Shown piece by piece: positions 29,001 to 42,500 of a stretch of 64,000 bases of DNA. The stretch's first letter is position 1; the number at the start of each line of letters is the position of its first letter. Below the pieces are notes generated by a model. The model saw only the letters and a list, made by a program, of their open reading frames with translations, did not search any database and had not been told where the DNA came from. Source of the DNA: the human T2T-CHM13v2.0 reference genome, Homo sapiens; the NCBI RefSeq assembly GCF_009914755.1, contig NC_060933.1. The stretch is one strand, 5' to 3'. Made by a program: the position numbers and the translations under genes.

Positions 29001-32000
29001 GAATGGAATGGAGTGGAATGGAATGGAATCAACCCGAGTGCAGGGGAATGGAATGGAATGGAATGCAATGGAATGGAATCATCCGGAATGGAATGGAATG
29101 GAATGGAATGCAAAGCAATGGAATCAACTCGATTGCAACGGAATGGAATGGAATGGAAAGGAATAGAATGGAATCAACCCGAGTGTAATGGAATGGAAAC
29201 GACTGGAATGGAGTGGAATGGAATGGAATGGAATGGAATGGAATGGAATCAACTCGATTGGAATGGAATGGAATGGAATGGAATGGAATGGAATGGAATT
29301 AACCCGAATAGAATGGAATGGAATGGAATGGAACGGAATGGAATGGAATAGAATGGAATAGAATGGAATGGAATGGAATCAACCCGACTGCAGGGGAATG
29401 GAATGGAATGGAATGGAATGGAATGGAATGGAATCATCCGGAATGGAATGGAATGGAATGGAATGGAATCAACTCGATTGCAATGGAATGGAATGGAATG
29501 GAATGGAATGGAATGGAATGGAATTCACCCGAATAGAATGGAATGGAATGGAATGGAAAGGAATGGAAGGGAAGGAAATGGAATGTAATCAACCCGAGTG
29601 CAGGGGAATGGAATGGAATGGAATGCAATGGATTGGAATCATCCGGAATGGAATCGAATGGAATGGAATGGAATGGAATGGAATGGAATGGTATCAACCC
29701 GAGTGCAGGGGAATGTAATGGAACTGAATGCAATGGAATGGAATCATCCGGAATGGAATGGAATGGAATGGAATGGAATGGAATCAACCCGAGTGCAATG
29801 GAATGGAGAGGAATGGAATGGAATGGAATGGAATGGAACAACCCGAATGGAATGGAATGTAATGGACAGTAAGGGAGTTGATTAGAATCAATCCGAATGT
29901 AATGGAATGGAATGCAACGGAATGGAATGGAATGGAATGCAATGGAATGGAATGGAATGGAATGCAAAGGAATGGAACCAACCCGAGTGGAATGGCATGG
30001 AATGGATTGCAATGGATTGGAATGGAGTGGAATCAACTCGAGTGGAAAGGAATGGAATGGAATGGAAAGGAATGGAATGAAGTCAACTCGAGTGGAATGG
30101 AATGGAATGGAATGGATTGGAATGGATTGCAATGGAATGAAATGGAATGGAATGGAATGGAATCAATCATTCCGAGTGGAATGGAAGGGAATGTAATGGA
30201 GTGGAAAGAAGGGAATGGAATCAACCCGAGTGCAATGCAAGGCAATGGAATGGAATGGAAAGGAATGGAATGGAATCAACTCGATTGCAATGGAATGGAA
30301 TGGAATGGAATGGAATGGAATGGAATGGACTTAACCAGAATAGAATGGAATGGAATGGAATGGAACGGAATGGAATGGAATGGAAGGGAATGGAATCAAC
30401 ACGAGTGCAGGGGAATGGAATGGAATGGAATGCAATGGAAGGGAATCATCCGGAATGGAATGGAATGGAATGGAATAAACTCCATTGCAATGGAATGGAA
30501 TGGAATGGAATGGAATAGAATGGAATGGAATTAACCCGAATAGAATGGAATGCAATAGAATGGAATACAACGGAACCGAATGGAGTGGAATGGAATGGAA
30601 TGGAATCAACCCGAGTACAGGGGAATGGAAAGGAATGGAAAGCAATGGAATAGAGTCATCCGTAACGGAATGGAAAGGAATGGAATGGAATGGAATGGAA
30701 TGGAATGGAATGGAATGGAATGGAATCAACTCGATGGCAATCGAATGGAATGGAATGGAATTAACCCGAATAGAATGGAATGGAATGGAATGGAACGGAA
30801 CGGAATGGAATGGAATGGAATGGAATGGAATGGAACGGAACGGAATGGAAAGGAATGGAATGCAATGGAATCAACGCGAGTGCAGGGGAATGGAATGGAA
30901 TGGAATGGAATGGAATGGAATGGAATGGAATCTTCCGGAATGGAATGGAATGGAATGGAATGGAATGAAAGGAAATGGATTCAACTCGATTGCAATGGAA
31001 TGGAATAGAATGGAATGGAATTGAATGGAATGGAATGGAATTGAATGGAATGGAATGCCTTCAAACCGAATGGAATGGAAAGGAATGGAATCAACACGAG
31101 TGGAAAGGAATGGAATGGAAAGGAATGGAATGGAATGGAATGGTACGGAATAGAATGGAATGGAACGAACTGGAATGGAATGGAATGGAATGGAATGGAA
31201 TGGAATGGAATGGAATCGTTCCGAGTGGAATAGGAGGGAATGTATTCGAGTGGAATGGAAAAGAATGGAATCAACCAGAGTGGAATGGAAGGGAATGGAA
31301 TGGAATGGAAACTAATAGAATGGAATCAACCCGAGTGGAATGGAATGGAAAGGACTGGAATGGAATGGAATGGAATGGAATGGAATGGAATCAACTCGAG
31401 TAATGGAATGGAATGGAATGGAATGGAATGGAATGGAATGGAATGGAATTAACCCGAATACAATGGAATGGAATGGAATGGAACAGAATGGAGTGGAATG
31501 GAATGGAATCAACCCGAGTGCAGGGGAATGGAATGGAATGGAATGCAATGTAATGGAATCATCCGGAATGGAATGGGATGGAATGGAATGGAATGGAATG
31601 GAATGGAATGGAATGGAATCAACGCGAGTGCAGGGGAATGGAATGGAATGGAATGCAATGGAATGGAATCTTCCGGAATGGAATGGAATGGAATGGAATG
31701 GAATGGAATGGAATCAACCCGAGTGCAATGGAATGGAGTGGAATGGAATGGAATGGAATGGAATGGAACAACCCTAATGGAATGGAATGTAATGGAGAGT
31801 AAGGGAGTTGAATAGAATCAATCCGAATGTAATGGAATGGAATGGAACGGAATGGAATTGAATGGAATGGAATGGAATGCAATGGAATCGAATCAACCCG
31901 AGTGCAATGGAATGGAGAGCAATGGAATGGAATGGAATGGAAACTACCCGAATGGAATGGAATGTAATGGAGTGTAAGGGAATTGAATAGAATCAATCCG

Positions 32001-35000
32001 AATGTAATGGAATGGAATGGAACGGAATGGAATGGAATGGAATGGAATGGAATGGAATGGAATGGAATGCAATGGAATGGAATCAACCCGAGTGCAATCG
32101 AATGGAATCGAATGGAATGGAATGCAATGGAATGGATTCAACTTGAATGGAATGGAAAGAATGGAATCAACACGAGTGGAATGGCATGGATTGGAATGGA
32201 AAGGAATGGAATCAACCCGAGTACAGGGGAATGGAATGGAATGGAATGCAATGGAATGGAATCATCCGTAATGGAATGGAAAGCAATGGAATGGAATGGA
32301 ATCAACTCGAATGCAATGGAATGGAATGGAATGGAATTAACCCGAATAGAATGGAATGGAATGGAATGGAACGGAACTGAATGGAATGGAATTGAATGGA
32401 ATTGAACGGAATGGAATGGAATGCAATGGAATGGAATGGAATGGAATGGAATGGAATCAACGCGAGTGCAGGGGAATGGAATGGAATGGAATGCAATGGA
32501 ATGGAATCTTCCGGAATGGAATGCAATGGAATGGAATGGAATGGAATGCAATGGATTCAACTCGATTGCAATGGAATGGAATAGAATGGAATGTAATGGA
32601 ATGGAATGGAATTAATCCGAATAGAATGGAATGGAATGGAATGGAACGGAATGGAACGGAATGGAATGGAATGGAATGGAATGGAATGGAATGGTATGGA
32701 ATGGAATGGAATTTTACGGAATAGAATGGAATGGAACGAATTGTAATGGAATGGAATTGAATGGAATGGAATGGAATGGAATGGAATGGAATGGAATGCA
32801 ATGGAATTGAATCAACCCGAGTACAATGGAATGCAATGGAATGGAATGGAATGGAATGGAATGATACGGAATAGAATGGAATGGAACGAAATGGAATGGA
32901 ATGGAATGGAATGGAATGGAATGGAATGGAATGGAATCGTTCCGAGTGGAATAGGAGGGAATGTATTCGAGTGGAATGGAAAGGAATGGTATCAACCAGA
33001 GTGGAATGGAAGGGAATGGAATGGAATGGAAACTAATAGAATGGAATCAACCCGAGTGGAATGGAATGGAAAGGACTGGAATGGAATGGAATGGAATGGA
33101 ATCAACTCGATTGTAATGGAATGGAATGGAATGGAATGGAATGGAATTAACCCGAATACAATGGAAAGGAATGGAATGGAACGGAATGGAGTGGAATGGA
33201 ATGGAATCAACCCGAGTGCAGGGGAATGGAATGGAATGGAATGCAATGGAATGGAATCATCCGGAATGGAATGGAATGGAATGGAATGCAAAGCAATGGA
33301 ATCAACTGGATTGCAATGGAATGGAATGGAATGGAAAGGAATACATTGGAATCAACCCGATTGGAATGGAATGGAAAGGACTGGAATGGAGTGGAATGGA
33401 ATGGAATGGAATGGAATGGAATCAACTCGATTGGAATGGAATGGAATGTATTGGAATGGAATTAACCCGAATAGAATGGAATGGAATGGAATGGAACGGA
33501 TCGGAATGCAATGGAATGGAATGTAATGGAATGGAATGGAATGGAATCAACCCGACTGCTGGGTAATGGAATGGAATGGAATGCAATGGAATGGATTCAA
33601 CTTGAATGGAATGGAAAGAATGGAATGAACACGAGTGGAATGGCATGGATTGGAATGGAATGGAATGGAATCAACCCGAGTACAGGGGAATGGAATGGAA
33701 TGGAATGCAATAGAATGGAATCATCTGTAATGGAATGGAAAGGAATGGAATGGAATGGAATAGAATGGAATGGAATCAACTCGATTGCAATCGAATGGAA
33801 TGGAATGGAATTAACCCGAATAGAATGGAATGGAATGGAATGGAACGGAACGGAACGGAATGGAATGGATTGGATTGGAATGGAATGGAATGGAATGGAA
33901 TGGAACGGAAAGGAATGGAATGGAATGGAATGGAATGGAATGGAATGGAATGGAATCAACGCGAGTGCAGGGGAATGGAATGGAATGGAATGCAATGGAA
34001 TGGAATCTTCCGGAATGGAATGCAATGGAATGGAATGGAATCAACCCGAGTGCAATGGAATGGAGTGGAATGGAATGAAATGGAATGGAACAACCCGAAA
34101 GGAATCGAATGTAATGGAGAGTAAGGGAGTTGAATAGAATCAATCCGAATGTAATGGAATGGAATGGAATGGAATGGAATGCAATGGAATGGAATCAACC
34201 CGAGTGCAATGGAATGGAGAGGAATGGAATGGAATGGAATGGAAACTACCCGAATGGAATGGAATGTAATGGAGTGTAAGGGAATTGAATAGAATCAATC
34301 CGAATGTAATGGAATGGAATGGAACGGAATGGAATGGAATGGAATGGAATCAACCCGAGTGCAGTGGAATGGAGTGGAATGGAATGGAATGGAAGGGAAT
34401 GGAACAACCCGAATAGAATCGAATGTAATGGAGAGTAAGGGAGTTGAATAGAATCAATCCGAATGTAATGGAATGGAATGGAACGGAATGGAATTGAATG
34501 GTATGGAATGGAATGCAATGGAATGGAATCAACCCGAGTGCAATGGAATGGAGAGGAATGGAATGGAAACTACCCGAATGGAATGTAATGTAATGGAGTG
34601 TAAGGGAATTGAATAGAATCAATCCGAATGTAATGGAATGGAATGGAACGGAATGGAATGGAATGGAATGGAATGGAATGGAATCAACGCGAGTGCAGGG
34701 GAATGGAATGGAATGGAATGCACTGGAATGGAATCTTCCGGAATGGAATGGAATGGAATGGAATGGAATCAACCCGAGTGCAATGGAATGGAGTGGAATG
34801 GAATGAAATGGAATGGAACAACCCGAAAGGAATCGAATGTAATGGAGAGTAAGGGAGTTGAATAGAATCAATCCGAATGTAATGGAATGGAATGGAATGG
34901 AATGGAATGCAATGGAATGGAATCAACCCGAGTGCAATGGAATGGAGAGGAATGGAATGGAATGGAATGGAAACTACCCGAATGGAATGGAATGTAATGG

Positions 35001-35639
35001 AGTGTAAGGGAATTGAATAGAATCAATCCGAATGTAATGGAATGGAATGGAAAGGAATGGAATGGAATGGAATGGAATGGAATGGAATGGAATGCAATGC
35101 AATGGAATGGAATCAACCCGAGTACAATGGAATGGAATGGAATGGAATGGAATGGAATGGAATGGAATGCCTTCAAACCGAATGGAATGAAAAGGAATGG
35201 AATCAACACGAGTGCAATGGAATGGAATGGAATGGAATGGAATGGAATGGAATGGAATGGAATGGAATGATACGGAATAGAATGGAATGGAACGAAATGG
35301 AATGGAATGGAATGGAATGGAATGGAATGGAATGGAATGGAATGGAATCGTTCCTAGTGGAATAGGAGGGAATGTATTCGAGAGGAATGGAAAGGAATGG
35401 AATCAACCAGAGTGGAATGGAAGGGAATGGAATGGAATGGAAACTAATAGAATGGAATCAACCCGAGTGGAATGGAATGGAAAAGACTGGAATGGAAAGG
35501 AATGGAATGGAATGGAATGGAATGGAATAAAATGGAATGGAATGGAATGGAATAAACGCGAGTGCAGGGGAATGGAATGGAATCGAATGGAATGGAATGG
35601 AATGGAATGGAATCAACCCGAGTGCAGGGGAAAGGAATG

Positions 35640-37990
35640 GAACGGAATGCAATGGAATGGAATCATCCGGAATGGAATGGAATGGAATGGAATGGAATCA
35701 ACCCGAGTGCAATGGAATGGAGTGGAATGGAATGGAATGGAATGGAACAACCCGAATGGAATGGAATGTAATGGAGAGTAAGGGAGTTGAAAAGAATCAA
35801 TCCGAATGTAATGGAATGGAATGGAACGGAATGGAAAGGAATGGAATGGAATGGAATGGAATGGAATGGAATGCAATGGAATGGAATCAACCCGAGTACA
35901 ATGGAATGGAATGGAATGGAATGGAATGGAATGGAATGGAATGGAATGATACGGAATAGAATGGAATGGAACGAAATAGAATGGAATGGAATGGAATGGA
36001 ATGGAATGGGATGGAATCGAATCGTTCCGAGTGGAATAGGAGGGAATGTATTCGAGTGGAATGGAAAGGAATGGAATCAACCAGAGTGGAATGGAAGGGA
36101 ATGGAATGGAATGGAAACTAATAGAATGGAATCAACCCGAGAGGAATAGAATGGAAAGGACTGGAATGGAATGGAATGGAATGGAATCAACTCGATTGTA
36201 ATGGAATGGAATGGAATGGAATGGAATGGAATGGAATTAACCCGAATACAATGCAATGGAATGGAATGGAACGGAATGGAGTGGAATGGAATGGAATCAA
36301 ACCGAGTGCAGGGGAATGGAATGGAATGGAATGCAATGGAATGGAATCATCCGGAATGCAATGGAATGGAATGGAATGGAATGCAAAGCAATGGAATCAA
36401 CTCGATTGCAATGGAATGGAATGGAATGGAAAGGAATACATTGGAATGAACCCGAGTGGAATGGAATGGAAAGGACTGGAATGGAGTGGAATGGAATGGA
36501 ATGGAATGGAATGGAATCAACTCGATTGGAGTGGAATGGAATGGAATGGAATGGAATGAAATGGAATTAAACCGAATAGAATGCAATGGAATGGAATGGA
36601 ACGGAACGCAATGGAATGGAATGGAATGGAATGGAATGGAATGGAATGGAATGGAATGGAATGGAAACATCCCGACTGCAGGGGAATGGAATGGAATGGA
36701 ATGCAATGGAATGGATTCAACTTGAATGGAATGGAAAGAATGGAATCAACACGAGTGGAATGGCATGGATTGGAATGGAATGGAATGGAATCAACCCGAG
36801 TACAGGGGAATGGAATGGAACGGAATGCAATGGAATGGAATCATCCGGAATGGAATGGAATGGAATGGAATGGAATCAACCCGAGTGCAATGGAATGGAG
36901 TGGAATGGAATGGAATGGAATGGAACAACCCGAATGGAATGGAATGTAATGGAGAGTAAGGGAGTTGAAAAGAATCAATCCGAATGTAATGGAATGGAAT
37001 GGAACGGAATGGAATGGAATGGAATGGAATGGAATGGAATGGAATGGAATGGAATGCAATGGAATGGAATCAACCCGAGTACAATGGAATGGAATGGAAT
37101 GGAATGGAATGGAATGATACGGAATAGAATGGAATGGAACGAAATAGAATGGAATGGAATGGAATGGAATGGAATGGAATGGAATCGAATCGTTCCGAGT
37201 GGAATAGGAGGGAATGTATTCGAGTGGAATGGAAAGGAATGGAATCAACCAGAGTGGAATGGAAGGGAATGGAATGGAATGGAAACTAATAGAATGGAAT
37301 CAACCCGAGAGGAATAGAATGGAAAGGACTGGAATGGAATGGAATGGAATGGAATCAACTCGATTGTAATGGAATGGAATGGAATGGAATGGAATGGAAT
37401 GGAATGGAATTAACCCGAATACAATGCAATGGAATGGAATGGAACGGAATGGAGTGGAATGGAATGGAATCAACCCGAGTGCAGGGGAATGGAATGGAAT
37501 GGAATGCAATGGAATGGAATCATCCGGAATGGAATGGAATGGAATGGAATGGAATGCAAAGCAATGGAATCAACTCGATTGCAATGGAATGGAATGGAAT
37601 GGAAAGGAATACATTGGAATGAACCCGAGTGGAATGGAATGGAAAGGACTGGAATGGAGTGGAATGGAATGGAAAGGAATGGAATGGAATCAACTCGATT
37701 GGAATGGAATGGAATGGAATGGAATGGAATGAAATGGAATTAAACCGAATAGAATGCAATGGAATGGAATGGAATGGAACGCAATGGAATGGAATGGAAT
37801 GGAATGGAATGGAATGGAATGGAATGGAAACATCCCGACTGCAGGGGAATGGAATGGAATGGAATGCAATGGAATGGATTCAACTTGAATGGAATGGAAA
37901 GAATGGAATCAACACGAGTGGAATGGCATGGATTGGAATGGAATGGAATGGAATCAACCCGAGTACAGGGGAATGGAATGGAATGGAATG
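35640..37990 (+). repeat. Tandem duplication of a ~1.17-kb unit x2
   Basis: Shared rare variants in the same order: GTTGAAAAGAATC (35786/36964), CAACCCGAGAGGAATAG (36133/37301), CATTGGAATGAACCCGAG (36439/37612), AAACATCCCGACTGCAG (36665/37828). Offsets are 1163-1178 bp. Ends are approximate. Confidence 0.85.
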
Positions 37991-40900
37991 CAATGGAATG
38001 GAATCATCCGTAATGGAATGGAAAGGAATGGAATTGAATGGAATGGAATGGAATGGAATGGAATCAACTCGATTGCAATCGAATGGAATGGAATGGAATT
38101 AACCCGAATAGAATGGAATGGAATGGAATGGAACGGAACGGAACGGAATGGAATGGATTGGAATGGAATGGAATGGAATGGAATGGAATGGATCGGAAAG
38201 GAATGGAATGGAATGGAATGGAATGGAATGGAATGGAATGGAATCAACGCGAGTGCAAGGGAATGGAATGGAATGGAATGCAATGGAATGGAATCTTCCG
38301 GAATGGAATGGAATGGAATGGAATGGAATGGAATGGAATGGAATGGAATGGAATGGAATAAACCCGAGTGCAATGGAATGGAGTGGAATGGAATGGAATG
38401 GAATGGAATGGAATCGTTCCGAGTGGAATAGGAGGGAATGTTTTCGAGTGGAATGGGAAGGAATGGAATCAACCAGAGTGGAATTGAAGGGAATGGAATG
38501 GAATGGAAACTAATAGAATGGAAGCAACCCGAGTGGAATGGAATGGAAAGGACTGGAATGGAATGGAATGGAATGGAATGGAGTGGAATAAACTCGATTG
38601 TAATGGAATGGAATGGAATGGAATGGAATGGAATGGAATGGAATTAACCCGAATACAATGGAATGGAATGGAATGGAACGGAATGGAGTGGAATGGAATG
38701 GAATCAACCCGAGTGCAGGGGAATGGAATGGAATGGAATGCAATGGAATGGAATCATCCGGAATGGAATGGAATGGAATGGAATGCAAAGAAATGGAATC
38801 AACTCGATTGCAATGGAATGGAATGGAATGGAAAGGAATAGAATGGAATCAAACCGAGTGTAATGGAATGGAAAGGACTGGAATGGAGTGGAATGGAATG
38901 GAATGGAATGGAATGGAATTAACCCGAATAGAATGGAATGGAATGGAATGGAATGGAAAGGAATGGAGTCAACCCGACTGCAGGGAATGGAAGGGAATGG
39001 AATGGAATGGAATGGAATCATCCGGAACGGAATGGAATGGAATGGAATGGAATGGAATCAACTCGATTGCAATGGAATGGAATGGAATGGAATGGAATAT
39101 AATGGAATTAACCGGAATAGAATGGAATGGAATGGAATGGAACGGAATGGAATGGAATGGAATGGAATGGAATGGAATGGAATGGAATCAACCCGAGTGC
39201 AGGGGAATGGAATGGAATGGAATGCAATGGAATGGAATCATCCGGAATGGAATGGAATGGAATGGAATGCAATCAACCTGATGCAATGGAATGGAGTGGA
39301 ATGGAATGGAATGGAATGGAAACATCCCGAATGGAATGGAATGTACTGGAGTGTAAGGGAATGGAATAGAATCAATCCGAATGTAATGGAATGGAATGGA
39401 ATGAAATGGAATGGAATGGAATGGAATGGAATCAACCCGAGTGCAATGGAATGGATTCGAATGGAATGGAATGGAATGGAATGGATTCAACAAGAATGGA
39501 ATAGAAAGGACTGGAATCAACCCGAGTGTAATGGCATGGAATGGAACGGAATGGAATGGGATGGAATGGAATGGTACGGAATAGAATGGAATGGAATGAA
39601 ATGGAATGGAATGGAATGGAATGGAATGAACCCGTGTGCAATGGAATGGAATGGAATGGAATGGAATGGATTCAACTCGAATGGAATCAACTCGATTGCA
39701 AAGGAATGGAATGGAATTGAAAGGAATAGAATGGAATCAACCCGAGTGGAATGGAATGGAAAGGACTGGAATGGAGTGGAATGGAATGGAATGGAATTAA
39801 ACCGAATAGAATGAAATGGAACGGAATGGAATGGAATGTAATGGAATGGAATGGAATGGAATCAACTCGATTTCAATGGAATGGAATGGAATAGAATGGA
39901 TTGGAATTAACACGAAAGAATGGAATGGAATGAAATGGAATGTAAAAGAAAGGAATGGAATGGAATGGAATGGAATCAACCCAAGTGCAGGGGAATGGAA
40001 TGGAATGGAATTCAATGGAATGGAATCATCCGGAATGGAATGGAATGGAATGGAATGGAATGGAATGGAATGAAATGGAATGGAATGGAATGGAATGGAA
40101 TCAAAACGATTGCAATCGAATGGAATGGAATGGAATTAACCCGAATAGAATGGAATGGAATGGAATGGAATGGAATGGAACGGAACGGAACGGAACGGAA
40201 TGGAATGGAATGGAATGGAATGGAACGGAAGAAAATGGAATGGAATGGAATGGAATGGAATGGAATGGAATCAACGCGAGTGCAGGGGAATGGAATGGAA
40301 TGGAATGCAATGGAATGGAATCTTCCGGAATGGAATGGAATGGAATGGAATAGAATGGAATGGAATGGAATGGAATGGAATCAACCCGAGTACAGGGGAA
40401 TGGAATGGAATGTAATGTAATGGAATGGAATCATCCGTAATGGAATGGAAAGGAATGGAATGGAATGGAATGGAATGGAATGGAATGGAATGGAATCAAC
40501 TGGATTGCATTCGAATGGAATGGAATGGAATTAACCCGAATAGAATGGAATGGAATGGAACGGAACGGAAAGGAACGGAATGGAATGGAATGGAATGGAA
40601 CGGAACGGAACGGAATGGAATGGAATGGAATGGAAAGGAATGGAATGGAATCAACGCGAGTGCAGGGGAATGGAATGGAATGGAATGCAATGGAATGGAA
40701 TCTTCCGGAATGGAATGGAATGTAATGCAATGGATTCAACTCGATTGCAATTTAATGGAATAGAATGGAATGGAATGGAATGGAATGGAATGGTATGGAA
40801 TGGAATGGAATGGTACGGAATAGAATGGAATGGAAAGAATTGGAATGGAATGGAATCGAATGGAATGGAATGGAATGGAATGGAATCAACCCGAGTGCAG

Positions 40901-42480
40901 GGGAATGTAATGGAACGGAATGTAATGGAATGGAATCATCCGGAATGGAATGGAATGGAATGGAATGGAATGGAATGGAATGGAATGGAACCAACTCGAT
41001 TGTGATGGAATGGAATGGAATGGAATGGAATGGAATGGAATGGAATGGAATTAACCGGAATACAATGGAATGGAATGGAATGGAACGGAATGGAGTGGAA
41101 TGGAATGGAATCAACCCGAGTGCATGGGAATGGAATGGAATGGAATGCAATGGAATGGAATCATTCGGAATGGAATGGAATGGAATGGAATGCAAAGCAA
41201 TGGAATCAACTCGATTGCAATGGAATGGAATGGAATGGAAAGGAATACATTGGAATCAACCCGAGTGGAATGGAATGGAAAGGACTGGAATGGAGTGGAA
41301 TGGAATGGAATGGAATGGAATGGAATCAACACGATTGGAATGGAATAGAATGGAATGGAATGGAATGGAATGGAACGGAACGGAACGGAACGGAACGGAA
41401 TGGAATGGAATGGAATGGAATGGAATCAACCCGACTGCAGGGGAATGGAATGGAATGGAATACAATGGAATGGATTCAACTTGAATGGAATGGAAAGAAT
41501 GGAATCAACACGAGTGGAATGGCATGGATTGGAATGGAATGGAATGGAATCAACCCGAGTACAGGGCAATGGAATGGAATGGAATGCAATGGAATGGAAT
41601 CATCCGTAATGGAATGGAAAGGAATGGAATGGAATGGAATGGAATGGAATGGAATGGAATGGAATCAACTCGACTGCAGTCGAATGGAATGGAATGGAAT
41701 TAACCCGAATAGAATGGAATGGAATGGAATGGAACGGAACGGAACGAAACGGAATGGAATGGAATGGAATGGAATGGAATGGAACGGAAAGGAATGGAAT
41801 GGAATGGAATGGAATGGAATCAACGCGAGTGCAGGGGAATGTAATGGAACGGAATGCAATGGAATCATCCGGAATGGAATGGAATGGAATGGAATGGAAT
41901 GGAATGGAATGGAATCAACCCGAGTGCAATGGAATGGAGTGGAACGGAATGGAATGGAATAGAACAACCCGAATGGAATGGAATGTAATGGAGAGTAAGG
42001 GAGTTCAATAGAATCACTCCGAATGTAATGGAATGGAACGGAATGGAAAGGAATGGAATGGAATGGAATGCAATGGAATGGAATCAACCCGAGTACAATG
42101 GAACGGAATGTAATGTAATGGAATGGAATGGAATGGAATGGAATAGAATGGAATGGAATCAACCCGAGTGCAATGGAATGGATAGGAATGGAATGGAATG
42201 GAATGGAAACTACCCGAATGGAATGGAATGTAATGGAGTGTAAGGGAATTGAATAGAATAAATCCGAAAGGAATGGAATGGAATGGAACGGAATGTAATG
42301 TAATGGAATGGAATGGAATCAACCCGAGTGCAGGGGAATGGAATGGAATGGAATGCAATGGAATGGAATCATCCGGAATGGAATGGAATGGAATGCAATG
42401 GAATGGAATGGAATGGAATCAACCTGAGTGCAATGGAATGGACTGAAATGGAATGGAATGGAATGGAAACAACGAGAATG

Positions 42481-42500
42481 CAATGGAATGCACTCGGGTT
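42481..42500. other. Inversion breakpoint (strand switch) inside the satellite array
   Basis: The sequence reads ...GAGAATGCAATGGAA-TGCA-CTCGGGTTGATTCC...; GGAAT phase ends and CATTC phase begins. TGCA at 42489-42492 can be assigned to either arm (GGAATGCA on the left, TGCACTCGGG on the right). Confidence 0.95.

Larger units (their letters stand above)
1..42490 (+). repeat. Satellite III (HSat3) array, G-rich (GGAAT)n strand on +
   Basis: Continuous GGAAT pentamers with interspersed CAACCCGAGT / CAACTCGATT-type decamers, the defining architecture of HSat3 (HSat2 would be dominated by CATTCGATTC). No unique sequence seen. The array runs off the left edge. Confidence 0.97.
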
